Positions 40,601-52,109 of a stretch of DNA of 58,011 nucleotides are shown piece after piece; position 1 is the first letter of the stretch, and every line of letters starts with the position of its first letter. The notes under the pieces were generated by a model. It was not told the DNA's origin, did not search any database, and saw nothing but the letters and a program-made list of their open reading frames with translations. Origin of the DNA: Girardia tigrina. Lineage: Eukaryota. A program made the translations under genes and the position numbers. The DNA lies in the NCBI GenBank assembly GCA_001938485.1, contig MQRK01226581.1, positions 1-58,011 of the forward strand, written 5' to 3'.

Positions 40601-42066
40601 TACTGTTGGAAAAATATTTTAATGATTTAAAATTGTTGTAATTTAATCTGTTTGTTTAATTTATTTTCATTACTGGTTATAATTTTAATTAACCGATGAC
40701 ATTAGAGTGAACTTATTAATTACATATAGATTAAATATCTATTTTAGTTTTAATAAAAATTGCAAATATGCGTAATTTAAATAATATGAAATGGATAATA
40801 TTTTTAACAATTTCAAGTCATAGAAGTCAGATCATTTATTATATCAATTTCTTATAGTATCATATAATTTAAAATTGATTTCTTTGCAGGTAAATTTATT
40901 CTTCGTATTGCAAGTATTATTTTTCGCTTCATTTCATTCTTTGTACGACAAGTCATTCATTTCATTCTTTATCTGATATCATGTTTCAAATGTCATCGAT
41001 AATGCTCAAATCTGGACATTTCGCCAGACACGAAAAAACATACTTTATCTACTTCCATGAATTTTTGTATGATTTGACTTTGTGAACACTGCAATTGTCT
41101 TCCTGGTAATAAAATTTATTTCCAAAATTTAAACGCAAAATTGATAGTGTTCTCTTTGAGTAACTTTGCAATAAATTTAAATAAAAATTAAAGTCCATTG
41201 CATTAAATTTACCGTTTATTATTCTGTAAGCTTGAAAACCATTCGGAAATATCATTAATCAAACCATACCAACACCTACGCATAGCCTTTTCTCAAACAA
41301 TTTTCTCACTTTCTTTGATATATGATCTCTAATCATCAGGACCGTCTAATTAAAATCGTTTCTCGTTTCAGAATACAGACATGATTTTCTTCAATCAAGT
41401 TGGTTATTATTTCTAATCGTTTTTCCTTATGTTTCTTTGACCGAATTATTTCTTTACTTGCTCTTCTGTATTTCATATTTATGCGTTTCATATCTTTTTA
41501 CTACTTTCTTCTATAGTTTGAAATTGCATTCTGCTTTGATTTTAGTGAAATTTATCTTCTGACTATCAGTCCATGCATTTGATAAATACCACTTTATTGT
41601 TAAGCTATCTATTTTACTAAAAAGACGGTTACGTACCAGTTTCCTAAGATGGACACATTTTATTCACAATTATTCCACGAGCAGTGTGCACAGAAATAGT
41701 CATAATGCTTCCCATTTGAGAAGATGTGACCGTACTTATTAAGCCTTCTTGTCATAACCGTATCACTTTCTGGTTTTATTTCAATGTCTATAATACAATT
41801 TCTTAGTATAAAATCAACATTGATAAAAAATAAATAGAAATAAATTCAGAATAAGTAAAATCGTTAAAAATATTTTCCGTTTCAGATTATTTAAATTATG
41901 CATATTTGCAATCCTTAATAAAACAAAAGAGATGTTTAATCTATAAGTAATTCATGAGTTTTCTCTAATGTAATCGGTTAATTATAATTATAACCGGTAA
42001 TGAAAATAATAAAAGAAACATTAAATTGCAAACATTTAAAATCGTTAAAATATTTGTCCACCAGTA
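40601..42066 (-). mobile_element. Decayed full-length Tc1/Tc3-like DNA transposon with ~200-bp TIRs
   Basis: TIRs TACTG(T/G)TGGA.AAATATTTTAA.GATTT... at both ends, TA flanks; minus-strand motifs NEKRF*LDGPD, YQEDNCSVHK and AKCPDLSIIDDI* (DDE remnants). Confidence 0.9.
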
Positions 42067-43186
42067 TAATATATAATATTTGTTTTGTGATTAAAAAGTA
42101 AATAATAAAAAATAAAAAGAAAAGAAAAATAAAGTACATTTTGAAAATATTTAAATTAGAGAGCTTTCAAAATACAAAAAACTAATCGAAAACTTTTTTG
42201 CTTTTTGTTTATCGTATTAAGTGTTTAAAATTCTGTGTAATGGAGCTGGTACTAAATGTTAGTTTAAAACTGAATGCAAATATTTGATAAGAAATTGAAA
42301 TTATAATCGAATAAAAAATGGAGCAATATCATTGAGCTTCATTATTCTTTCTAATTCATTATTTTTTGACATGAAAAAATGGCTTTGGAGATTAACAGAA
42401 AATCCACACCATTGGCGGAACCGATCCAACGGAGTGCGACGCCTGTACCTCTCCACACGCGGTACATTATCGGCACGGGTTGCACCATCAACGAGACCGC
42501 CAACGTTTTCAAGCGGGACCCACCGCCCAACATTCGTTGGTGGACGACGAAGTCGCGCGAACCGGCCGCAGTACCGACCCAAGGCGACCCACCGAATGAC
42601 GACCTCTTGACACCCGGGGATCACGACCGACGATGAAGCGGTTGGATGTTTTTCCCGCTGGTGAACCTCCGCACAAATAAGATATACTGACTGACCCTGC
42701 TCGATCCGATGGTCGTATATCACTAACCAAATCGCACTAAAGTAGTTCGATGTAACTCCCTATTAAGAATTCCATAATAAAATAATAAATAATAACAATA
42801 ATTTAATTTAACGCCATTGATATGAATAACAATTCCAGGAAATCTTCTTTATTTAATCTTTATAATAGGAAAATATGAATCGTCTTGACAGGAGAAATGT
42901 CACGTGTAAAACTTTTTCCGAAGCATGACTAGGTCAATCCAAAAAACATCTGACAAAACATTTTCAAAGACATTCGTCGTACATGTTTTGATCCTAATTG
43001 ATAATCATTAACAAATAATTATTTTGCTTTGAGCAAATACATTATTCTTTAAGTTTAGAATTACAATGAATCATTTTTAGGATTAATTTATTGAATAATT
43101 ATTTTTGTTATTTTTCATTAATTAATTGATAATTGTAGTGACCCAGTCAATTATTATATATAAATTATATATAGTAAATTATATAT

Positions 43187-43189
<3 letters not shown>

Positions 43190-43228
<39 letters not shown>
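43190..43228. repeat. (TA)n microsatellite (others at ~40098-40130, ~45608-45640, ~46036-46070, ~48139-48165)
   Basis: Directly visible. Confidence 0.9.
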
Positions 43229-43234
<6 letters not shown>

Positions 43235-45604
43235 TTATATATATAAAAACAATCATTAATATTACTGTTTACAATAACACTATATTGCCAGCGGAGCGTT
43301 TTCTTGTAAAATCGGTTCGTAATGGAATTTTCTGCAAACCAATTTATCAATATTCCCCTGAAAGTGTTCCTCTTCATGTCTATCTATCTTCTCAAAATCT
43401 CGTTGTGCAACCGAATGATTCTCTGACGTTTCCATCGATATTGTTACAACAGAAGATCATTACTTGAGACTTTTGAACAACAAACACAAATCGAAATCGA
43501 GATTTATCTGTGCGGTTCTCTCTCGTATGTGATTTTTTTTGTTGTATATGTTTATTTATATTGTATAAAAATAAAAATTTTATACATATTTATCTTTATT
43601 TTGTTACGTTAAAGGAGTTCACTGAAACAAATTTTCAGTTAGCACTTTTACAATAATGTTTAAATAAAGTTCTAGTTCAATTTTTCAAATCTACAAAATC
43701 AATACTAAAAATTAGTACTTTCAGTATTACATGAATAAAATTTTGTTCTCCTTCGTAAGCGTTTTGATTTCTTGGCTTCAAAAAATTATGAAATTAGAAA
43801 AATTGAGATAATTCTTATATATTCATGTTTTAACATGTTTTTAACAATTAGTTAAAATATTAAATATTAATTAAATATTAACTATTAAATATTAATTTCT
43901 GTTATGACTATTATCGATATAAGTGGTATCAATTTTTTAATTTTATTAATATTATTTTATAACTTGGCTTAACACAAAATATTTGATGAACTCTGTTAGA
44001 CTTGTAGGAGAAAAAAATAAATATAATGTTTTAATTTAATAATAATAACAAGTGATGAAAGAAATTATGCGTGACTAATCAGGCTTTTCAAGGATGTTGA
44101 AAGATTGAGAATAACTAAAGAACAAAAATAATTTAAATTATTTCGCAGAATGAATGCCACTAGTCTAATTAACATAATATGGAGATAGTTCGAATAGTAA
44201 AAGTTGAATTGCACGAGCATAATAGTAGGAATTTAATAGGTTTAATTCACCTTTTTTGGATCCTGGTCCGGATCCGGATTTAGGATGTGATTTACAAATT
44301 GTAAGATGCTTTTTTCGATATTAAAAACGCGCCGTGTATTGGATTCGTTTTGATATTTTTCGTGATTGTCGAAGAAGTAACCTATAATAACTCAGTTTTT
44401 GATAGTGATAATTCATGGGTTTATAGGTGGGCGTATTAAGCGAAAATTGCGCCTTTACTGGTTTTTAATAACCCAAAGCGATTCTCAATTATTTTAATCA
44501 TATAATAAAAAAAATCAATACATTAAAATGGCTTTTTTAATTATAATTTAAAAATCAATATTTACAAATATTTAAAATATTTGTAATATAAGAGTGAATG
44601 AAAGCTGTCCTAGATTTTCTATTAATAATATTTCACATTAAAATAGTGACCCGGAAAGCTTTCTTCACTCTATATTAGCTAAAAACCAAAAAATATATAA
44701 AAAATAAATCGAGAATTAATGTAAACATATAATGGTAAAGCAATGATAACCGTTTAGTATAACGAAATCCAACAAAGATAATCTAGATTAACAATAAATG
44801 TAATAAATTAATGTTACTTATACAAGATCACATTAATTTGATAGGAATTTTTCTCTAAAAAATATTGTCTATTACGGTATGATATTAGGACTTTTATGAT
44901 TTAGACAATTATTCGTTTCTATAACTTAGTGATGCTTCGTACTAATGTTTTCGATTCACATGATAAAGTATTTGGTAATAATGGTATAATGGCCACCAAT
45001 ATAAATAGGAGACTATCGTTTCGTTGCTGAGGTAATGAATTACAAAATAGTACTGGATAAGTCACAACCAAAATAATAATAACAGCCAATCTTGGATGGT
45101 ATAAATAAATTTCGTTGACATTTTTTTGTAATTTGACAGTACATAATTTGCATTATTAATTTGTGATTATTGTTTTATGGATTTTTTTGAATTTTCGTAT
45201 TTATTGTTATTTGCAGTCAAATTAAATTATCATTATTGGAGTAAGGAAAATAATGGGGGGGGGGAAATATAATCCATAATTTTTTATCCTTTCTTTTCTA
45301 TCATTGCTTTATAATTTTCTTGTATGTGATAAAACCAAAAAAAACAAAGCATCCAAATATACAACAAAATAAAAAGAAATATGGTTAACATAGAAAAAAA
45401 AATCACAAATCACAGTCTACGAGTCTCTCACACACAAGTAACAAAATCTACCACTCAGCACCAAAGACAGAACACAAAAAACACGGAGTAAGCATTAAGA
45501 ACAAGTCACACAAGTAAAGTAAGAAAAAGAAATTGTCACATCCAAATTATACAACCAAAAAATTTTGAAGATTTATTAGAGTATTATTAAAAATTATTTT
45601 TATA

Positions 45605-45642
<38 letters not shown>

Positions 45643-45813
45643 AATTATTTTTGAACTCGCGATCTTTCTCCATTCTCATTACAATTCGTAAATGAAATAA
45701 TACTCAAATCATCTCTCGTTGGAGACAAGGACATTTTGTTGAAATTAATTCAAAAAAATTCAAAAGTCAAATTCTCGAACCAGTTTCTGATTTATTTAAT
45801 TCAAATGGTAATA

Positions 45814-46031
45814 CACTCATACCTCGATATACGGCCTAGATACGTTCCAGGAAAGTTGGCCGCAAAGCGAAATGGCGCATAACGAATCAATTATTTTGAT
45901 ACAATTCCATACAAATTCAATAGGATTGGTTCCATTTTTTTATAAAATAACGTAGTTTTTAGTTTAAAATGCATTTTTTTCTTTTTATTTCATTTAAAAA
46001 TGCTGACATATAAAATAAAAATAAATAACAA

Positions 46032-46071
<40 letters not shown>

Positions 46072-46606
46072 CATAACAATAAACTGAAATCATAAAAACA
46101 AATTCATTAATAAAATTTAAATTAATAAAATTCATACATAATAAAATACATAAATTCAAATTTTTAAAGACTAATCTGAAGACGAAGAAGAATAATCGGC
46201 AAGCTTCAATATAATGTCATGATCACTTTCCGCTTTTGTAGATGTAGATGGACCTGGTTTAAGATATTTATCCAACGTTGTTTGTCTTGCCTTGGTTTTT
46301 GCTTCCTTTTGCAGTTCTATATAACAATTAATGGCTGAGTTAATTCCTAACGTTAGCGCTGCGTTCTACTTCGGGATCATTTTGAAGAAGGATGTTTATT
46401 CCTTGTTCGAAATGAGAAAGAGCATTGCACAAGTTTTTTATGGTTAGCTGTTGCATGTATTAATGTTTTTTTTCACACTTTTCAAAATTTTATTTTGGCC
46501 GTATAACGAAAAATTATAGGCCGTAAATCGAAAAAGTGCCATAATTAAAGTAGGCCGTTATAACGAAAAGCCGTATAAAGAGCGGCCGTATAGCGAGGTA
46601 TGAGTG
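45814..46606 (-). mobile_element. Internally deleted Tigger/pogo-like element
   Basis: 23-bp TIRs CACTCATACCTCG(A/C)TATACGGCC, TA TSD, subterminal GGCCGTATAACGAA repeats; minus-strand transposase tail remnant ...NDPEVERSA...KARQTTLDKYLKP. Confidence 0.88.
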
Positions 46607-48138
46607 TACCTCAATTAAAAGAAAATATTATATAATATAAATAATTAAAAAAAATCAATTATAAATATTAATAGTAATAATTACCCTCAATACATTGTTG
46701 GAAATAATCGTAAGCCACAGCATCTGAATATTTCATCACAAATGAGCATTTTTTTTTAATTTACTACGAATTATTTACATTTCTTGGGTTAAACAAGAAC
46801 AAATTTTATTTACCCAGATTTATAATTCAGAGGTATTCGCAAAAATTATCCTCAATTCTAACAATATTCTTAATTTCTCTATATTTCAATCCCACCTTCT
46901 ACAATTCTATGAAAAATTTTCATCCTCGATAAAAACGAATAACTAACTTCAATTAGCTGATTATATCAATCAAATGTATCAGATTTAAAAGAAAAATTTT
47001 AAAATATCTGAATTTTAATTAATGAATATTTAAACAAACCTATTATATTTTTTTCCGGGGAATTCACCCTGTATAATCCTAGTAATGATAATTTTACGTT
47101 TGGAATTTATGCAATATTTTTCGAGTGTCGAACAGAAATTTTTTAATGGAATTTTCTCTATCGAATAAATCATAATTCGAGAAATATGATAAATCATATT
47201 TCTCTTCCCAAGAAAATCCGAAGAAAAAATTCTATCTTAACTCATTTTTATTTATTTCCTTAATAATTAGATGGAAGAAACATTTAAATAAAAATTTCTT
47301 TAAAAACAAATTTTTTAAAATGGATGATCAAAAGGAAAGTATCACGGAAACTTAAAGAAAAATAAAAGCATAAAATACGAAAACACTGAAGTTTACGTTT
47401 CGTCCCATATCCGAAAATTATCAAATTTTACCGAATCTTCTCATCAATTTAACATTTTTACAGCTAGTTATTTGTTGCCTTCGATATATTCAAGTAACGA
47501 TAATTTATTTATTAACAATCAAACGATATTTCTATTATTCAATTCCGATCAATCATACTATCTATAACATTAGTTTCAATAACCGAAATACGAATTAGAT
47601 TTAGTTTAACTCTTGTGATCCAAAATTATTTTATTCAAGAATATTGAAATTATTCACACAATAACCTTTATCGAGATTTTAAGTCTCCTAAAAACGGTTA
47701 TCATACTTTATTTATCAAACCTATTTTCAGCATTAGAAAAATCTTCGTTAATTTAGTTTATAAATAGTCTTTTAATATTTTATTAAAAATTAATTCATTA
47801 GAGAAACTTTAAAAATTTTGATTTTTTTACTTAATACATTTTGATATTACGGGGCTTTTGTAGATGTTATAATGTTTTTTATTATAATGTTTTGTTTATA
47901 TAACTTTGTTTATATAATCAAATCAATACCGAACTATGATTTTTATGATAATGTTTTGTTTATATAACTTCATATCAAATCAATACCGCTTAGATAAGAT
48001 TGTANNNNNNNNNNNNNNNNNNNNNNNNNNNNNNNNNNNNNNNNNNNNNNNNNNNNNNNNNNNNNNNNNNNNNNNNNNNNNNNNNNNNNNNNNNNNNNNN
48101 NNNNNNNNNNNNNNNNNNNNNNNNNNNNNNNNNNNNNN

Positions 48139-48168
<30 letters not shown>

Positions 48169-48169
<1 letters not shown>

Positions 48170-48770
48170 AAGGTTATTGCAAAAGCAATGCAGGTTTTTT
48201 AACCTAAATTTTAAACAAATGTAACTCAGTACAGAATAAAATTTATTAATCGAAATAAAAACCATCAGAATCAATACATTTTCGGCAAAGAGAAACAAAT
48301 TTATTGATACCCCTAGTGTGGAACTCCTGAGTTCTGAATGCAAAATAAGCCTTAAAGGCGTCTTTGGTGTCGTCTTTGTTTTCCAAGCATATTTCCTGGA
48401 GGAAGTTGTCCAAATGCTTGAAAAAATGGTAGTCGGTGCCACCGACTCGGTGGGCGAGAAGTCCGGAAAGTAGGGTGGATTAGGCAGAGTTTCGTAGTCC
48501 AATTCCTTTAGATTTTGTAGGGTCGATTTTGCGATGTATGGCTGGGCGTTGTCGAGGAGAATTGACCCCTTCATATTGACTAATCTCTTACACATACTTC
48601 GGAGCTCGTAATGCATTTTGTCAATTTGTTTGCAGTACTTCTCTTCAGTGATATTTTTACCCATATTCAGAAAGCTGTGATGGATGAGACCAGCTGCAGA
48701 CCACCAAAGAGTCACCAAAACCTTCTTTTGGTGGTGTTTCGGTTTCGGAAAGTTGTGAGGAGCCTGATCA
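48169..48770 (-). mobile_element. Mariner (SETMAR/Hsmar1-like) transposase 3' half with right TIR
   Basis: KPKHHQKKVLVTLWWSAAGLIHHSFL...ILLDNAQPY...YETLPNPPYFPDFSPT (YSPDLAP motif), then frameshifted DYHFFKHLDNFL. TIR TAAGGTTATTGCAAAAGCAATGCAGGTTTTT follows TA. Confidence 0.93.
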
Positions 48771-50854
48771 ACTTTATTTAGTTTAATTTAAAATTTTAAG
48801 CTTTGAAACGTCTTTACTTTGTCTATTTCGAATGTTTATCAATGGATTGTTGTGTCGTATTAATAATGATTCATAGAACTGCTACTCAAAGTGTGAATCT
48901 AAACCCCTCTGTGAAACAGAAAACTCATCCTTTAAAATGGAAGAGATTCTATTTTTACTGTGTAACTAATGATCAAGAACCTTACACGATCGATTTGATT
49001 GTGAAAGCTCACTATACCGGGTTTTAAAATGGCGATTGTCTCTAATGTACGAGTTTTTACACCCGTGACAATCAAATTTTTAAACCAGATTATCCTTTAA
49101 TCCACAAATCATTTTTGATTTATTCGAGAGGAAGCATCGAACTTTGGGTGTAAAGTATTTGCAAGAATATAAGTAAAGTCAAATTAGTTTCAATTACATT
49201 TTTTTCAATTGTTTTGTTTTTGGTTCTTTGAATATATTTTATTTATTGCATGTTTTTCTTTTGTAATGGATAATTGATAGTTCAGTTCAAAATAGGATGG
49301 ACTGTTGGTCCGCACAAGAACAGGATATGAAAGCTTATGAAAGATAAGGACCACACAAAAAAATTTCCTCATATGAAACATACACACCACAAAAATGATA
49401 CTGTTAAAGAGATATTACAATAGGAGACTAGAAGTCCTTAGCGGAAACAAAAAAATTACGCTCTTATTTCTTGACTATCCAATTAAGAGAAATCTAAACA
49501 CAAAATTACGACTCCTCTGCAAAAATTTCTTAAGTGAAATTCAAACCAGACTTACAATTTAAAAGTAACCTAGTATATTGTTCTTTTTAAAGTTCTTTTT
49601 GAGTTTGACAATTATTTTACTAACTAGTTTCTTGTTACAGGTATATTTTAATAAATAGCCATTTTTTATCCTTTGCTATTGCTATTGTAGAATATAATAT
49701 TTATTAAGTAATATGATTTTATTGACTTCTGATAAAAAATATAAAAAAATAACATAAACTATTTTAAATTTGGAGAATTAATAAATATTTTAGTTGAGTT
49801 TTGACAAAGCCTCAATCTTTTAAGGATATATTCCACAACTTTAGTTATAAGTATTGGTTCTTTAATTTTGCAATAACAATAAAAAATTACAATTTCGATT
49901 TGTAACGAAATTATTAGTAATTAATTTATTAGTTTATTACAGAAATTCGTGATAATTTTGATAATTCAATGATGATTGATAAATCAGTTAATAATTCTAG
50001 GAATTATTTTAAGAAAAAATGTCTTTAATATTCCTTTTTAAGAAATTAAGATAATTATTATTAAACAAATAAAATTAATTAACACGAAAGTGAAACGACA
50101 ACATACATTAAATTTATTTTGAAAGTGGTCTAAATCCATATATACTTAAATTAAGATATTTAAGGTTGTGTTTTCGAAAAATTGTTTCGAAAGTAATCGT
50201 ATCACCATTTTAAAAATTTTATAATTAACGTTTGAATCCGTTAATAATTCCTTTATAGAATTAATTAGACTGCGTTATTTATAGTATCGCTTGTTTGTTA
50301 ATTATCAGATATCATATTGCACATACCGATAAGAAGAAACGCGAAGAACTTTTCCAAATTAAATTATTCTAAATATTTAAGTCACTTAGAATAAATAATT
50401 TGGAGGAAACACACTTTATTTGTATCACACTTAACACGGAATAATTTTATTATCTGATTGAAAAATTCTCAATTGGAACATTCGAAACATTTAGTGGTGC
50501 GAGAACTAGATACGCTAATGATTGGAAGATAGTCTTCTTGGACTTTATAGAAAAGTCCCACAAATGGTCCTTGTGGCTATCATAAAATTGATGATAGTCA
50601 CCACTACTTGCATTTGGACATACTGGACAAATGTAGAACTCACATGTCTTAAGCGCACATCCATAGTAACGCTGCATTGTATCATGACAAATTTGTGGAT
50701 TGTGAACATTTGTCATGCAGCATCTATATAATGAACATTGTTGAATTTTCGTGTTGAAAATTGATAAATAAATTTTAATTATTATATATATTAAAAAAAG
50801 GGAAAAAAATTATAGAATTAAATTTTGTTAGATTATAGTATATATATATATATA

Positions 50855-51159
50855 CAGGGTGTCCCAAAAATATGTATAAACATTAAAAATTTAATTTTAT
50901 TGATTAAAAAAGTAAAAATAAGTATGATAGGGACTGAATCTACAAAAAACCTATTTATGTTAAAAAAACTATTTATATTAAATATAATGAAAGTTAAANN
51001 NNNNNNNNNNNNNNNNNNNNNNNNNNNNNNNNNNNNNNNNNNNNNNNNACCTATTTATGTTAAAAAAACTATTTATATTAAATATAATGAAAGTTAAACA
51101 TAAATAAAATTCAATAAAATTAAATTTTTAATGTGTATACATATTTTTGGGACACCCTG
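50855..51159. mobile_element. Tc1/mariner-type MITE (CAGGGTG ends) in a TA run
   Basis: ~50-bp TIRs CAGGGTGTCCCAAAAATATGTATA.ACATTAAAAATTTAATTTTATTGA; TA flanks; internal gap. Confidence 0.9.
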
Positions 51160-51194
51160 TATATATACATATTGAAAATTTGTTTGAATGGAGT

Positions 51195-51207
51195 GTTGCA
51201 TGGCAAC
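51195..51207. promoter_or_regulatory. Candidate RFX X-box upstream of the PSMD5-like fragment
   Basis: GTTGCATGGCAAC fits GTNRC(C/N)-N0-3-RGYAAC and lies ~100 bp upstream of the ATG at 51310. Confidence 0.35.
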
Positions 51208-51309
51208 GTGTTGTTGATTCAATAAATATAGATTTTTGCCGACGCGGTTTTGAGTTTTGAATATCTTTTCGGAAATTCTTGTTTCATTTTGTTGGAGAAA
51301 AGGAGAAAA

Positions 51310-52109
51310 ATGAGGATTGAAAGCGATTTGTTGAACATTGCAGTCACTCGGCAATTGAGTGTCGATGAGTGCAGGCGAATTTTCATATTCCTCTCGAACA
51401 CTTCTCACAATTGCACCATTGATTTGCTGTCACCGATGGACATCATCAAAATTTTATCGTTTCTAAATTTCTACGATGAAACGTTGTATGAAATATCTCG
51501 ATATCTCGCTCGAGTTTTATTGAAATATTTCCCGGATGAATTCGCCAATAATTCATCGACATTGTTGAAGTCATTGATTAGCGCCGACAACGTTCTGACG
51601 ATGATGATCTTCGATGAACTGACCCATAGCATTGATACGAACAAGGACAATTGTGAAGTCATGAAATGTACAACGGAATTTATCGAGGCCATCTTCGAAA
51701 TGGAATTTATCGACAATCAAATTTTATCGAGTTCTGCTCAGAAATTATTAATCGATTATTGTAAACAATGTCGAGAACTGTGTTCCGAGGCTTTTGGAAC
51801 CATTTTTAAACCGAAATTTTCGAAAATCTCATTGAATATGATCAATTTCTTTCGTTACATTGAGATGTGTTTGGATATTGGATCGAATACTTGTGATAGA
51901 CAGTTATAAGAGATGTAACTGAGAAATTGACAAATATAATTATCGGTGACGATCTATTGGCACATGTAAATGTACTGGAGACGATTGGAAGACTTGTCGA
52001 ACAACAGCTCGGGTACGAACTCATGACAAAGAGCGGTATTCTCTCCAAATTGAACTCGGGACTCCTCACTGTTTCTCAACAACCTCTTAACGTTGAAATT
52101 CTTCTACCT
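51310..52109 (+). pseudogene. PSMD5: PSMD5 (proteasome assembly chaperone S5b)-like 5' fragment, frameshifted near 51905 and truncated at element B
   Basis: HEAT/ARM-like helical ORF; GDDLLAHVNVLETIGRL...GYELMTKSGILSKL...QQPLNVEILLP resembles PSMD5 GEDVLVRATCIEMVTSL...GRQYLAQEGVIDQI...SDPFSSFYLP. Two frames (51250-51909, 51927-). Confidence 0.7.

Noticed and set aside
50450-50716. Cys/His-rich 88-aa minus-strand ORF divergent from the PSMD5-like fragment
   Set aside because: No recognisable family; short ORFs like this, and most others in the ORF track (many with non-ATG starts or N runs), are expected by chance.
50948-51097. Direct repeat inside the MITE
   Set aside because: Identical copies flank an N gap, which is typical of a scaffolding artefact.
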